Made by a program: the position numbers and the translations under genes. The notes under the pieces were generated by a model. The model saw only the letters and a program-made list of their open reading frames with translations. It was not told the origin of the DNA and made no database searches. DNA of 64,000 nucleotides, from assembly GCA_977017645.1 (NCBI GenBank), contig OZ360232.1, positions 38,564,001 to 38,628,000 on the forward strand, given 5' to 3'. Numbering within the stretch: the stretch's first letter is position 1; each line of letters begins with the position of its first letter. Below, one piece after another: positions 31,811-45,885 of this stretch. This stretch comes from Torpedo marmorata (lineage: Eukaryota).

Positions 31811-34016
31811 ACGTCTTGAATAAGCATAACTAATGAAGTGAAAGTACCCTCAGGCAAATCTTCTGGAGGCCTGACAGTGATTATCATGTGGTAGTGATAT
31901 ACTTCTCAAGTCGGAACAGTGCGCTTTGATGTAACTTTGATAATGCTAGGAAGTCATAGCTTGCATAGATTTAGAAGATTCTCTTGAAGCAGGTGGTGGC
32001 GTCTGCTGCACCATTAGGTGGAGTGAGTTAATAGGTGAAGAAAAGAGTGAATATTTTCGATTACTCAATGATGGTTAAAACAGGACGCTTTGTTTGAGTA
32101 GCGTGATATTTTTTTAATGTTGCTGATATTACGCATGTATTAAAGTGAACTTGTTCATTACCAATATTGACCACTGGTTTTGCCGGTGGTAAAAGGTTAT
32201 GGGAAATCAGGAAGTGAGACTATCAATGCGATGTGTTGACATAATGTTTTACCGATATTTATCTTGATAGCTCGGTTAACTTCCTTTCTTTTTTAAATCT
32301 TTTTATTCGGTTAACTTCCATTAAATAGTGAAATTCATGATGTTATTGGAAATGTGACTGAATTCAAAAGTGGGTGGATAACTTCTGCAGTAGGTGGTAG
32401 GTGGTAATCAATATCGCGGAGTTGCCATTTTTGAATATCAGTTGTCATTGCACACATGCAAACAATTTCAGAATTTGGATTTCAAAACAGGCTTTGTAGC
32501 TTGCAATCATTAACAAATATCTACATTTACAAGAGTTGTTGAAGATACTGAAGATGTCTGGTCAGACCTGCCCTGAGATCTGAGATCCCATTAAATTCAT
32601 TTGAAATTTAGAACTGTGCATAGAAAGCAAGATCTTTGAAACATTTTTATTTCATTCAATAATTCTTTAATTATTTTGTCTGTTTCAGTATACTAATTTC
32701 TTCTCACGTCTTATTTTCAAAACTATTGCTCTTGAAGTTAGTTTCTTAATTTTAAGACTTTAAATGCTTCCAGATTACAAAGACACCCTACAGGTACAGA
32801 AAAGACCCTGGGGATTATGACCAGGCCACCTAAGCTTTCATGGGAGACGCGTAAGCCAAGCAAAGAGAAACAGCGGCATCTGACCTAAACAAAGGAGTAT
32901 AGGAGCTATGAATGCTTAGTTGAGGTGGGAGGGAATGAGTAAGCATGTTTCGTCGTGTTTTGATTTTCAGAAATCGCTCACTTACCACACTCACTACCTT
33001 TCGGTTCAGATAGTACTTGCTTCCTTTCCAAAACACACCATCCGCACCTCGCTGGAGGTAAAGTAAAAACAAGTATTCCCGAATCACTCATGTGTATCTC
33101 CTTCAGTTCTCTGCATGTAAATATGTAAATATCTACCAAAAAATTATTTCATTACTTTCTGCGAGGAACAATCCAATTAAATCCCATCGTTCAACCCATG
33201 CCTATGATCTCTGCGTCTCATCGCATTATTCAGAAAAACGATGACTGTCGAGCTGAATATTAATGCATCTTGACCTGTGACAACAACGAATGCTCGAATG
33301 CAGTCAGTTTACAGAAATTAGCGAGGATGTACTGACTTGGAATGATGCCGTCTAAAAAAACAACAACTGGTAATCGATGAATAGGTGTAAAAACATCGGT
33401 TTTTTTCTACATAAGTACATGAACATGCCTTTAATGGGAAACGAGTGATTTAGTTTCCAATATATAATTATTGTAAACTGAAATCAACTGGCGACCGTGA
33501 AAGTTTTGGTGATTAAAAAAAGTAGAAAATTACTTAATGGACTAATTTTCAAATCATGAAAAGAACAATGACATTCTACAAATTGAGGTTGTGCGTTCAA
33601 AACATTACCGATCCGACAACTTTAAAGTGGTAGATATATCTTTCAACAGATGCTGACAACGCAAATCAGTTCTTCCAGAATTTTTGTCATTGTTTCTGTT
33701 CCAACACCTGCATATATTCACACGGATAGTTTGTTCATTTGTGTGAATGGTCCAAACACAGTTCTATTCGAAAACCAGATCTCAGTAAAATGTAAGATGA
33801 ATGCATAGGCGTGAATCTATCTTCAAGATTATAATCAAGAAGGAATAATGTATCGTTGCTAAAAATAGAACAGGATACTTGACCACAATGATTTTTCTTA
33901 TATTTTTCTTTCCCTGACCTAAATTGTTTCTTTATTCTTGATCTTTAGTATATTAGATTCCAAAACTGGGATCACTAAAAAATAACCGGAAGAGAAAACA
34001 AATATCCACAAGGCTC

Positions 34017-34225
34017 AAATAAATTTTAATTGTGCAACTTTTAATGCAGCAATATCCCGCGCATCTTTAAGTGCTTCCAGCTTTAAGAAACTAGCAGAAC
34101 CCTGATTGGTCGAATATCAATGAGTTTCTCTACCAATCGGGAGCAGAGATGTGATGAGTGATCCGGACAGCCCCATTCACGACACGGCCACAATCACGTA
34201 AGATCAGACACAGTGAAAACTGGAT
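34017..34225 (+). promoter_or_regulatory. conserved Pcdh promoter block (gene 4, subtype A)
   Basis: GCTTTAAGAAA (34080-34090), CTGATTGG...CCAATCGG, GTGATCCGGACAGCCCCATTCA (34158-34179), ATCACGTAAG. Confidence 0.8.
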
Positions 34226-34424
34226 AGAAAGGAGCTCCGTGGGATTTTTTTACAGAAATCTTCTCACAACTGCAGGCACAATGCGACTATTTGAATGAAA
34301 TAATTCGAGCGATTCGCAAGAGGCACGGGTCTGTTTTTTTATCGGGTTTGTTTCGACACATTGTTGAAAGGGCAACGAACAATACTGTCTGGGCCTGAAA
34401 CCACTGGAATGCCTTCCACTGGAA

Positions 34425-36884
34425 ATGAGATATAAAATATATTGGTTGCTAAAATGCCAGGTATTGTGCTGTGTGTTCTCCCCGTGGAGTCTTGTATCTG
34501 GGAAAATTCATTATTCTGTCCCTGAAGAGCTGCAACTGGGAGCCTTTGTTGGGAACATCGCTGCCGATTTAGCTTTAGACGGAAAGCTGCTGTCGGCTCG
34601 CGGTATGCGGTTAGCACCCAGTCCAAGGAACCAGTATTTCGGCATACATTTGGAGAGTGGGATTTTATTTGTGAAGGAAATAATCGACAGGGAACAGATT
34701 TGTGGGTCGAATCTCGATTGCCGTTTATCCTTCGATGTTGTGTTTGAAAATCCCCTGAGCTTGTACCAAATTGAAGTGGAGATTCTCGATGTAAATGACA
34801 ATGCCCCCAGTTTCCCAAAAAGTCAGTTTCGCCTGGAAATCTCTGAGTCTGCAGCACCAGGAATGCGGTTTCCCCTTGAACGCGCACACGATCCGGACGT
34901 TGGCAGCAACTCTTTACAAACCTACGACCTACAGCCGAACAAATATTTTATTCTGGACGAGCAAACTGGCAGCTGGAAGGGGAGGCGGCCAGTATTGTCC
35001 TTGCAAAGGTCTTTCGACAGAGAATCTGTACCAATCCACAATTTAACGCTAACTGCTAAAGACGGGGGTGTGCCTCCAAGATCAGGAACGGTTCAGATTT
35101 TGGTCATTGTGCAGGATGTAAACGATAACTCTCCTGTCTTTTCTCAGTCCGTTTACAGGGCTAGTCTGTTAGAAAATGCACCAAAGGGAAGCCTGATCAT
35201 CAGATTGAACGCTACGGATCTGGATGAAGGTGCAAATGGGGAGATAAGGTACTTTCTGAGCAGCCACATTTCTACAACTGCCCGTAAGCTTTTTGATGTC
35301 AACCCCAAAACGGGCGAAATCAGACTCAAAGGGAACTTGGACTATGAAGAAAGCAGCGCCATTGAGATTAACATCCAAGCAGTAGATAAAGGTTCCGGTG
35401 CTATACCCCAGTACTGTGATGTATTGGTCGATATTATTGATGTGAATGATAACGCGCCGGAGGTGACGTTTGGTTCTTTGTCAACGACCGTTTCCGAAGA
35501 TGCTCCTCTTGGGACGGCAGTGGCTCTGTTCACTGCAGACGACAGAGATTCTGGACAAAATGGTGAGGTACATTGTCAAGTTTCAAATCAGCTGCCCTTC
35601 AAACTAGATTCATCACTAAAGAACTATTACAGAATTATTGTACAACAACTACTGGATCGCGAAAGAAACCCCAAGTATGATATTACTATAACATGCACCG
35701 ATTCTGGGGACACTCCTCTCACTTCCAGGAAAACCTTTCGCATAGAAGTTTCAGATAGAAATGATAACGCTCCAAAGTTTTCACGCTCGGTATACACAGC
35801 AAATGTTCAAGAAAACAATGCGGTTGGAGCATCCCTACTTTCCATAACCGCTTTCGATCCAGATGTGGGAGAAAACGCCAAGCTGGGCTATTCTATCCTG
35901 CAGTCTCAAGTTCAGAATTCCTCAATAAACTCTTTCGTCTCAATTAATTCAGCCACTGGTGTCATATATGCTCAGAGAGTGTTTGACTACGAACAACTGA
36001 AAAACATCCAGGTCCAAGTTGAAGTGCGGGACTCTGGTGCGCCAGCACTCAGAAGTAATGCTTCCGTGAATGTTGTGATCCTTGATCAGAATGATAATGC
36101 TCCTGTGATTATACATCCTTCGCCCGAATATGGATCCACAGCAACAGAAACAATATCTAGGTTTGCAGAACCGGGATATTTGGTTTTGAAGGTATCGGCC
36201 ACTGATGCCGACGCTGGTCAGAATTCTCGACTCTCTTATCAAATTTTTCAGGCGACCCATCACAACCTTTTTACAATCTCCGCAGACACTGGCGAAATTT
36301 GGACTATTCGTCGAATTTTGAGCAAGGATGCCTCTTATCAAAGGCTGGTGATTGCGGTAAAAGATCATGGAATTCCATCACTCTCTGCCACTATGACTAT
36401 AGTATTATCTGTGGTTGGGACTGATAGTGAAACGTCCTCGAGTGTCAGCCGGTCTTCTGCCGATCCCAGGTTCAGGCCCGAACTCAGCTTTGTCTTGGTT
36501 ATAGCCTTGGGGACAATATCTGTCATATTCCTCACAATTTTAGTCATTCTCGCCATTAAAGTTCACAAAAACAGAAATGGGGTTGTATATCACCACCGTT
36601 CCCTAAGTACTTGCTGTTGCTTTGGAACGGGAAATTCTTTGGTTGGAATTCAAACTGCCAGCAAAAGCCTTCAGATACCACCAAACTATGTTGAGGTATT
36701 TGGGGGTGATCCGCTCTCTCAAAGATTCCGCTATGAGTCATGCTCGACATTACAGTCTACCAAGAGAGATTTCATCGTCCCCAACATAAATAGAACCTCT
36801 GCAGACAACAATTGTGTGCTGGGTGAAACTACCGGAAAAGAATCTGCTGGAATATTGATTTCTGAAAAATCCATTGTTCCCGAG
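34425..36884 (+). CDS. clustered protocadherin variable exon 4 (subtype A), 820 codons
   Basis: Six cadherin repeats, TM and conserved cytoplasmic motif; donor GAG|GTGAGG at 36885. Confidence 0.95.
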
Positions 36885-37149
36885 GTGAGGTCATTTTAGA
36901 GCGAAACTAAAATCCTCATATTTGTAAACACGAGTATTTTGGCGAATCACCAATAGATACATAAAACATACCACATTTGAAATGTATTTTCTATGCTCAT
37001 TCTATTGTCTGATTATATTTTGGTTTGTTGTTATTTAAAGCAGTAGCTATATTCTGGCTTCAAACAGTTATCAACGCTTTACATGTCGCCAGGATATGTA
37101 GATGCATTTTAATCCGACTCATCAATACGCTGCCGAGCTATTAATAACT

Positions 37150-37700
37150 TGAAAATGTCTAAGACTCCACACACCTTCCATGTGGAAATCAATATTCTTG
37201 TTCTTCCCATCACGCGTGTTGCATGCGGTGCCTACGTTGTAGTCTCCCCTAAATTGACAAGCATGAAGATTCCAGCTCTGTCACTTGGGATGCCCCACAA
37301 CTTTCTCTTGCTCTTCACTTTATATCGGAATTCCATTCCCGCTCTAACTTTAGGCATCTCCACAATTTCAACGAGGACTAACTTAAGCTGGAGAAACACA
37401 CAAATTTTGTCTGTCTAGGTTTTAGCCCTCGTTACTAAAGATGCAGTTAAACAATATCAGGTAACCATCCTTTCCTTGTTAAACTAAAAACATATTACTG
37501 GAGAAACTCAGCAGGTCAAAGAGCGTACTTTATATAGCAAAGATAAAGATATATGACCAACGTTTCGGGCTTGAGCACTTCATCTCCGTATGAGCAAAAT
37601 GTAGACAGGAGCCTGAATAAAATCATGAGGGAGGGGCAGGGGGTTGAGCACAGTCCTACAGGCAACTAGATAAGGGAGGGAGGGCACACCAGCAAATAGG
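37150..37700. mobile_element. Penelope-like fragments: decayed GIY-YIG piece (+) and a terminal repeat with a mutated hammerhead motif (-, ~37480-37700)
   Basis: The reverse complement of 37552-37592 reads ...GAGATGAAGTGCTCAAGCCCGAAACGTTGG, matching 14330-14360. Confidence 0.6.
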
Positions 37701-39149
37701 GGATCGTTAATTCTGTCATAAAAGCAAGCAATAATTACTCATGTTGTCTCTCCGCATCGACGTTGTCTGATCTGCTTGGTAAATGCAACAATCACCTTTG
37801 TTTCAGATTTCCAGAAAATAAAGTGTACTGCATTTCACAGGTCCATAATTATTTTTCTCACTAACCATCCTCATTCATCTCCCAACAAGGCTGAAGACCT
37901 CCATTTGGCAGCACTGAAAGCCATGTCACATAGACAACCTTGTTTTCCATCCTATCACGGAGATGACCTTTATTCTAACTTCGTGCGTATAAAACAATGT
38001 TTTCTCTTCTATTCTAAATCTCACGGTGGTATTGATCCAAAAAGTTGACTCAGCCCCGCTCTCCACATACCATACATTGCCTTATAAATTGAGCATCCGC
38101 AACCTTTCGTACCTTTTCCGAGTTGGATGTTATTGGGTTAAATCTCAATCTAGAAATCTTATCCTTTCATCTTTTACGTGAGACAATGCTTCGATACACC
38201 ATTTCTTCTTTGAGGGAACATAATGTAATATTTATACTTCTTCGAGGATAACTAGAAGCGTTAACCATGCTGAATAAAATTAATAACAAACCAGCATTTA
38301 AAAATAATTTCTGGCATTGTCACGCTGTTGTTTGGGCTACTGGGTTTGCACAATTTACTTTCTGTATTACGTAAATTACAACAGTAATAACACCTCAAAT
38401 GTATTTCAATATATGAAAACTGCACTAGCTTTTCTTGACATAAACATCAAAATGCAAGCGCCGTTTAAATCCACCCTGCAGTTCAAATACCGCGGTTATA
38501 GTCGTCTACAATGTGAAAGTTTGCATATTCTTGCGTAAAACTTTGCACATACTGATTAGCCTGCAATTACCGAACGTATATATAAGTTTCGGTTGAAATA
38601 TTATAACGGATTTGAGTGCCACGTTTAACACTCCACTATCGAGAAGTTTCTCACTGTCAGACGATGAGAAATTGAAATGAATATCTTTGTAACCCCCTTT
38701 TGGAAGTAGGTAACTGAGACAGTTATTTTGTTAATACCCAGATATAAGTGACGTTGAGAAATTGGCAGTGAGCGACCTTGTTAACCCGCCATAATCTGTG
38801 AGTGCTCACACCCTCATTTATTGGAGTGAATGAAATAATTTTCACTCAGCAATAATAAAGGGACAATGGTGTATTATCAGGCCAGGCAAATGCGGCATGT
38901 AGTTGGTTGTACGGAAACTCCATTGTTACCTGCAGGCTGGTGATAGAAGTACTCAACATGTTCTCGTGAAGTTGTATATTGTGGTGAATTCTGGGAGGAG
39001 CATCTGAGAATACAACGCCAATTCGTGCAGAATATTAGAGTTCTCCAAGTGTTATTGAAACTATATATTAAACAAAAATGAAGCGTATACAAATGAAGTA
39101 TTGTATATTTCCTCGCTTCCATACATCAAGGGTATGGAAATTAATAAAG

Positions 39150-39824
39150 AAAGTTTTACTCACGTTTGGAAAAGTATAGGTTTATTGGGGATGCTCAGCA
39201 TGCCTTTTTGTGGGATAACCCATGCCGCACAAATTTGATTGGGGTTTTAAGAAAATGGCGAAGATGACTGATGATGGTAGAGCAGTGGATGTTGTCTACA
39301 TTGACTTACGTAAAACAATAGACAAGGTTCTTCGTTGCTGGTTGATACAGAAGACAAACTCAGATGGGACCCACACGGAGTTGGAACATTGGACAAAATA
39401 TCAAGGTTGAAGAAGACCAAGGATAGTGGTCGGGATGTTATTCATACTGGAGGTCTGTGGTCTGTTGTGTATCACAGAGATCAGTGCTAGGACCCGCACG
39501 GTTTGTGATATTATGTAAATGATTTGAACGAAAAATGTAATTGGGCTGATTGATGTTTACAGACGAAATAAGAATTGGTGAGTTTGGTGAATTGGGTTGT
39601 CAAGAGTATGTAGATCATATGAATGGAGAAATAGCAGTTGGAGTTCAATCGAGATAGATGTGTAATTTTGCATTTAGAAGGTCAAATGCAAGAAGAATAT
39701 AAAATCATGATGAAGAGCATTAATCTACAAATGGCTCTTGTTGGGGGGGGAGCAAATTCATTATTCCATGAAAATGGAAATGCAAGTAGATAGGCTGGGA
39801 GATGAGTGATATAGTATTCTTGCC
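39150..39824 (+). mobile_element. old CR1 RT fragment (continues at ~41045-41570)
   Basis: DDGRAVDVVYIDLRKTIDKV-like motif; decayed and interrupted by a Rex-type LINE. Confidence 0.65.
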
Positions 39825-41039
39825 CACCTGGAGAATGACACCTCATATGCCAGGCCGCTGTTCATTTACTTCAGCTCGGCATTTAATACGATCATTCCCC
39901 AGAGGTTGGTGGAGAAGCTGTACTCGCTGGGACTCAACACCCCTCTCTGTAATTGGATCCTGGACTTCCTAACGGAAAGACCACAATCTGTCGGGTTCGG
40001 TAGCAAAATATCGAGCACCGTCATGCTGAGTACTGGCGCACCTCAGGGCTGTGTACTCAGCCCGCTCCTGTTCACGCTACTGACCAACGACTGCATCGCC
40101 AGATCCAGCTCTAAAAGTGTCATCGAGTTTGCAGATGACACAACAGTAGTTGGCCTCATCAGCAACAACGATGAGTCGCACTACAGTGAAGAGATGGAAA
40201 ATCTCGTGAAATGGTGCGAGAGAAACAACCTGAGTCTCAATGTGGACAAGACAAAGGAGATGATCGTGGATTTCAGCAGGACTAGGAACGACAACCCTCC
40301 ACCACACATCAGCAACTCTGTAGTAGAGAGAGTGGAGAGCACCAAGTTCCTTGGAATTCACTTAACTAGTGACATTTTGTGGACACTAAAAATCTCCTCA
40401 CTTGTCACGAAGGCGCAACAGCCACTGCACATCCTGAGAAGACTGAAGCGGGCAAGGATACCGGCCACTATTATGTCAACCTTGTACAGGAGCTCTATCA
40501 AGAGCGTCCTGGCCGGCTGCATCACAGTGTGGTACGGTTGCTGCAGAGAAATTGATCGGAGGTCAATCCACAGGACCATAGGAGTGGCAGAGAGGATCAC
40601 TGGAGTCTCCCTTCCCCACATCGACGTGATCTACCGGGATCGTTGTCTGAAGAGGGCCATCACAATCATTGAGAACCCCTTTCAGACTCCACACAGCACC
40701 TTTCAGCTGCTTCTGCCAGGGAAGAGATACAGGAGTATCAGAGCCAGCACCACCAGGCTGAGTAATAGCATCTTCCCACGGGCAGTGAGAATGCTGAATG
40801 ACCAACAGAACTGATCACACTAACAATCCGAGACTCCCATTTGTACAAACCGATATTTATTTATTTATTTTATAGATATTAAACTTGTCCTGCATATGTA
40901 TTATTTATCTGTATGTGTGTTATGTCTAATGTGTGTCTGCATGTTTTTGCACGGAGGACCGGAGAACGCTGTTTCGTCAGGTTGTACTTGTACAATCAGA
41001 TGACAATAAACTTTACTTGACTTGACTTGACTTGACTTG
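39825..41039 (+). mobile_element. Rex1/Babar-type LINE 3' part with an open RT frame (39825-40814)
   Basis: [35 protein letters not shown] and [11 protein letters not shown] motifs; 3' UTR and (ACTTG)n tail at 41015-41039. Confidence 0.85.
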
Positions 41040-41733
41040 CATTTATTTAAAAATGTTGCGCTGTTGCCGTTGTGTGAAACGGTGGCAAAGCAACATTTGG
41101 AATAACGTGTGCTGTTCTGATGGCCACACTGCGTGGAAATTTGTGAAAGTGCGTAAACAAACTTTCATCAGGATGCTCCCTGGAGTGGATAAGTGATAAC
41201 GAGATTGGACGAACTTCAAATCTTTTCCACGGAGCCTGGGAGGCTGAGGCTCGATCTGATACATATAATTATGAGAGGCATTTAAAAGGTAGAAAGTTAG
41301 ACTCTTTCCCAATATAGGAGCAACAAATACTCGAGAGCACAGTTTTCAGGTAAACAGGCTGGCGGTTTAACGGTTTGCCAACCAAAGAGTTTTACCCAAA
41401 GAGTGCTAGGTGACTCGAATTGACTGGCAGGGATGTGGACGGACCAGATATTATTATAAATATTGAGGAACCATTGACTCAAGCACATGAGAAGGCCGGG
41501 AATGGAAGGAGATTGACCACGTGCATGGAAATGCAACTAGTTTTATATAGATGGTCTGTTCCTGTGCTGTTTCAAGTTCAAATTAAAGTCTATTTATCAT
41601 CCGATTGTACAAGTATAACTCGACGAAACAGCATTCTCCGGTCCACGGTGCAAAAACAGTGCAAATACACTTACAGACTAACGATACATGAGGGAAGTTA
41701 AAACATGAAAGTCGGCAGGCATCGAGAATGAAG

Positions 41734-41937
41734 TAAAAACACAATGCTAGAGAAACTCAGCAGGTCAAACTGCATACTTTAAATAGCAAAAATTAAGATC
41801 CATAACCAAAGTTTTGGGCTTGAGCACTTCATCAATACGATGAAAGGCTCAAGCACGAAATGTTGGTTACGCATTTTTATCTTTGCTATATAAAGTACAC
41901 AGTTTGGCCTGATGAGTTTCTCCAGCATTGTATTTTA
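41734..41937. repeat. inverted pair of Penelope terminal repeats (~200 bp imperfect palindrome)
   Basis: acaatgctagagaaactcagcaggtcaaac... mirrors ...gtttggcctgatgagtttctccagcattgt. Each arm carries a decayed hammerhead motif and the centre is near 41837. Confidence 0.8.
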
Positions 41938-42218
41938 ACATATGGAGACGAAGTGGGCTGCTGCAACCTTGTGCGCTGCTATTTTCAAAAAGAAATGTTC
42001 TAACTTACAAAGAAAACATTGTAAACTAACAGAAATGCAGTCTCCGAATTTCTGCCACAGCCAAATAATTCATGTAGTTATTTAGTTTTGTAGTAAATAG
42101 TGATATTTACTGCGATATGGGATTTGCCATGCCATCATGTCCATTTTGCTCTTGTGCTCTTGGTTGTAGAGAGAAACATTTCTGAAAAGTAAGTTATTCC
42201 AACGCATTCTGTTTAGGA

Positions 42219-42378
42219 CAGTGGTTCTCAACCATTCTTTTTCCACTCACATACTACCTTAAGTAATCCCTTACTAACCACAGAGCACCTATGGCATTCT
42301 ATGCCATAGGTGCTCTGTGATTAGTAAGGTATTACTTAAGGTGGTATGTGCGTCGGGGAAAAAAATTGAGAACCACTG
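42219..42378. mobile_element. hAT-type MITE, short fold-back form
   Basis: Near-perfect 160-bp palindrome with perfect TSD GTTTAGGA (42211-42218, 42379-42386). Confidence 0.93.
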
Positions 42379-42505
42379 GTTTAGGACCTAACGCGTTTAG
42401 GGTATTTTGAATTGAATTTAATTTAATTGTTTACTTTTAATCGTGCATCTACCGTGGAAAAACTTTGTTATGAATGCGATCCACACTTTAGTACATCAAG
42501 TTAAT

Positions 42506-42896
42506 TTTTTAATTTTTTTTTTAAATTTAGAGCGCTGGACAAAGTAGCGACGCTCTACCTGCCTTACGGTAGACAACAATTAAAGAATTTCATGTATGTT
42601 ACATTCTAAATGTAGTAATACGTGACAATAATGGAACCTTTACCTTTACCTTTACCTTTACATACAGCTCAGTAACAGGCCATTTCGGCCCACGAGCCAG
42701 TGCCGCCCAATTACACCCAATTAACCTACAACCCCGGTACGTTTTGAAGGGTGGGAGGAAACCGGAGCCCCCGGAGGAAACCCACACAAACATGGAGAGA
42801 ACGTACAAATTCCTTACAGACAACGCGGGTTCGAACCCCAGTCTCCATCTCTGGCGCTGTAACAGCGTTGCACGAACCGCCACGCTCACCCTGCCG
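42506..42896 (-). mobile_element. tRNA-derived V-SINE-like SINE with a ~130 bp retroposon 3' end nested in its tail
   Basis: Minus strand has B box GGTTCGAAC and core GTGGGTTTCCTCCGGGGGCTCCGGTTTCCTCCCAC. The nested piece 42531-42660 ends in (ACCTTT)n. Confidence 0.78.
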
Positions 42897-43023
42897 CTTA
42901 TGTGCTTTTTAATCGTGATTTTTAAAAACCTTTCTTCACATTTGATCTGTAAGATATTGATGCCAGTTCTTCTTGAAACAAAGGGCTAAATTTCCCCAAA
43001 AATCTGAAAGGTCCAAACGGCTG

Positions 43024-43230
43024 AAATAAATTTCAATTGCGCACCAATAATTACATCAGCGAGGTGCCAATTGAAGCAGTTCTTGCTTTAAGAAATGATG
43101 TGCAATCTGATTGGTCAGATATGACTTTTGCGTTGTCCACCAATCAGAAGCTGAGATGCGACTGGTGATCTGCACAGCCCCCTTCAATGCCCAGCCGCCA
43201 TCACGTAAGTTCAGACGCCTTGAAAACCGG
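43024..43230 (+). promoter_or_regulatory. conserved Pcdh promoter block (gene 5, subtype B)
   Basis: GCTTTAAGAAA (43085-43095), CTGATTGG...CCAATCAG, GTGATCTGCACAGCCCCCTTCA (43165-43186), ATCACGTAAG. Confidence 0.8.
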
Positions 43231-43422
43231 ATAGCCAGCAGCTGCGGAGGATTTGTGCAGGATTCGGTCTGCAACACGAGAAGATATAAATGAAATGGAA
43301 TTAGTCTCACAATTCGCAGGAAGATACAGATATATTCTGCGTCGTATTTGTCCCTTTTAAAGGAAATCGCTGTTAAAAGGCATTGTCTCGGGTGGAAACA
43401 AATGGAATGAATTCTCCTGGAA

Positions 43423-45885
43423 ATGAGAGTTAATATACATTGGCTGGTGAAATACCAACTGATTTGTTGTTTGTTCGACCACTGGATTCTCGTTTCTGCA
43501 CAGATTCGATATTCCGTTCCTGAGGAACTGCAACTGGGTGCCTTTGTTGGGAATATCGCAATTGATTTAGGTTTAGATTTGAAGCAGCTGCCGGCTCGCA
43601 GTTTGCGGGTAGCGCTTGGTCCGAGGAAACGGTATGTTGACCTAAATTTGGAAAATGGGATTTTATTTGTGAATGAAAGAATTGACAGAGAACAACTTTG
43701 CGGCCCGAGCAACGATTGCATTTTATCCTTAAGCGCTGTGCTTGAAAATCCCCTCAGCCTGCACCAAGTGGAAGTGGAGATTCTCGATGTAAATGACAAC
43801 GCTCCCAGTTTCCAGAAAAGCCAGATTCGCCTTGAAATCTCGGAGATTATGGCACCGGGAGCGCGATTCCCCCTCGAGGCCGCACGCGATCCGGACATTG
43901 GAACTAATTCCTTGCAGACGTACCAGCTCCTTCCGAATGAATATTTCATTGTTGATGTCCAAACCCGCCATGGTAAAGGATTGCTACCGGTGTTGGTTCT
44001 GCAAAAGCCTTTAGATAGAGAAACAATGCCAAGTCACGAGTTAACGTTGCTGGCCGAGGACGGCGGAGTCCCTGTGAGATCGGGCAAGCTTCAGGTAACT
44101 ATCGCAGTGCAGGATGCCAACGACAACATTCCTGTTTTCTCACAGTCGGTTTATCGGGTGAGCCTGCTGGAATCATCTCCCACAGGAACACTGATCATTA
44201 CAATAAACGCCACTGACTTGGACGATGGGACCAATGGAGAGATATCGTACATGATCAGTAGCCATAGTTCTGAAAATGTTCGTGAATTATTTCGCATCGA
44301 TTCCAAATCTGGTGAAGTCAGACTGAAAAGGCGCTTGGACTATGAACAATGCAAGTTTTTTGAGATTAATGTACAAGCAGTCGATAATGGCCCTTACGGA
44401 ATGCCACAACACTGTGATGTGTTAGTTGATGTTATCGATGTGAATGATAACTCCCCTGACATTGCGTTGTCATCTTTATTAAGTACAGTCTCAGAAGATG
44501 CCTCAGTCGGTACCATAGTGGCATTGCTCCGTGTAGAAGACAAAGATTCTGGAAAAAATGGTCAAGTGCAGTGTCAAATTCCACGTGAAGTACCGTTTAA
44601 ACTGGATTCATCCATGGAAAAGTTTTCTCGTCTGATTTTACAGCATATCCTGGATCGCGAAACTACTTCAAGGTATGACATTACCATAACATGCACAGAT
44701 GCAGGGAACCCCGCTCTAACGTCCAGAGAAACGGTTCGTGTAGATGTTTCAGATGAAAATGACAATGCACCAACGTTTACGCAGCCCATATACACGGTCA
44801 ATGTCATGGAGAACAACGTTATTGGGGCTTCAATCTTCTCTTTGACCGCTTTTGATCCAGATATAGGACAGAACGCCCGTCTAAACTTTTCTATCCTGCC
44901 ATCACAAGTTGAAAACTCCTCCATTGCCTCTTACATTTCTATAAACGCAGAGAGTGGAGTCATATTTGCTCAGAGGTCGTTTGACTACGAACAATTTAAA
45001 AATATAAAGATTTACGTTCAGGTGCATGATTCTGGACTTCCACCGCTCACCAGTAACGCGTCGGTGCACGTTGTTATACTTGATCAGAATGACAATGCCC
45101 CGGTGATCGTGAACCCTTTGCCCAAATATGGATCAACAGCAACGGAAACAATATCCAGGTTTGCAGAACCTGGGTACCTAGTTGTCAAGGTATCAGCCAC
45201 TGACGCCGACGCCGGTCAGAATGGTCGTCTGTCTTACCTTATTTTTGAGGCCACTCATCGCAATCTGTTTACGATCTCTGCAGGCACGGGGGAAATTTGG
45301 ACTATCCGTGGATTTGAGAGCAAAGATGCCTCTAAACAAAGGCTGGTGGTGGTCGTGAAAGATCATGGTATTCCATCACTTTCAGCCACAGTAAACATTG
45401 TATTATTTGTGAAAGGAAGTGAAACATTCTCCAGTGCCACTAGTTTATCCAAAGATCGTGACTTCTCTCCTGATCTAAACTTTTACCTGGTCATAGCCTT
45501 GGGGACAACTTCTCTAATTTTTCTCGTGGTTTTAATGATCCTCGCTGTTAAAGTTTATAAAAGCAGAAATCGCGTGGGACGACAATACAATTCTCCGACT
45601 CTCTGTTGGTGTTTCACAACAAGAAATCCTTTGACTGGAATCCATAAGGCCAGTAGAAGTCTCCAGATACCACCGAATTATGTTGAGGTTTTCGGAGGGG
45701 ATCCACTTTCTCAGCGTTTCCGATACGAATCGTGTTCAACATTGCAGTCCGTCAAGAGAGACCTTACCTCTCGTCAAACGTGCGGGCAGTCTGCAGCTAT
45801 GCATTATGCCCAGAAAAAAACTGTTGAGAATAAAAATCCAGGGACGACCAAGCTGGAAGAATCTAATTGCAGTGTAAACATTGAG
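43423..45885 (+). CDS. clustered protocadherin variable exon 5 (subtype B), 821 codons
   Basis: MRVNIHWLVKYQL leader, six cadherin repeats and TM; donor GAG|GTGAGG at 45886. Confidence 0.95.

Noticed and set aside
42820-42896. tRNA gene (B box GGTTCGAAC)
   Set aside because: There is no cloverleaf; it is the head of a SINE followed by the SINE core.
43056-43949. 297-aa antisense ORF over the gene 5 promoter and EC1-2
   Set aside because: It is a shadow of the cadherin frame. Paralogous antisense frames are broken at different points (67-131 aa) and it has no recognisable domain.
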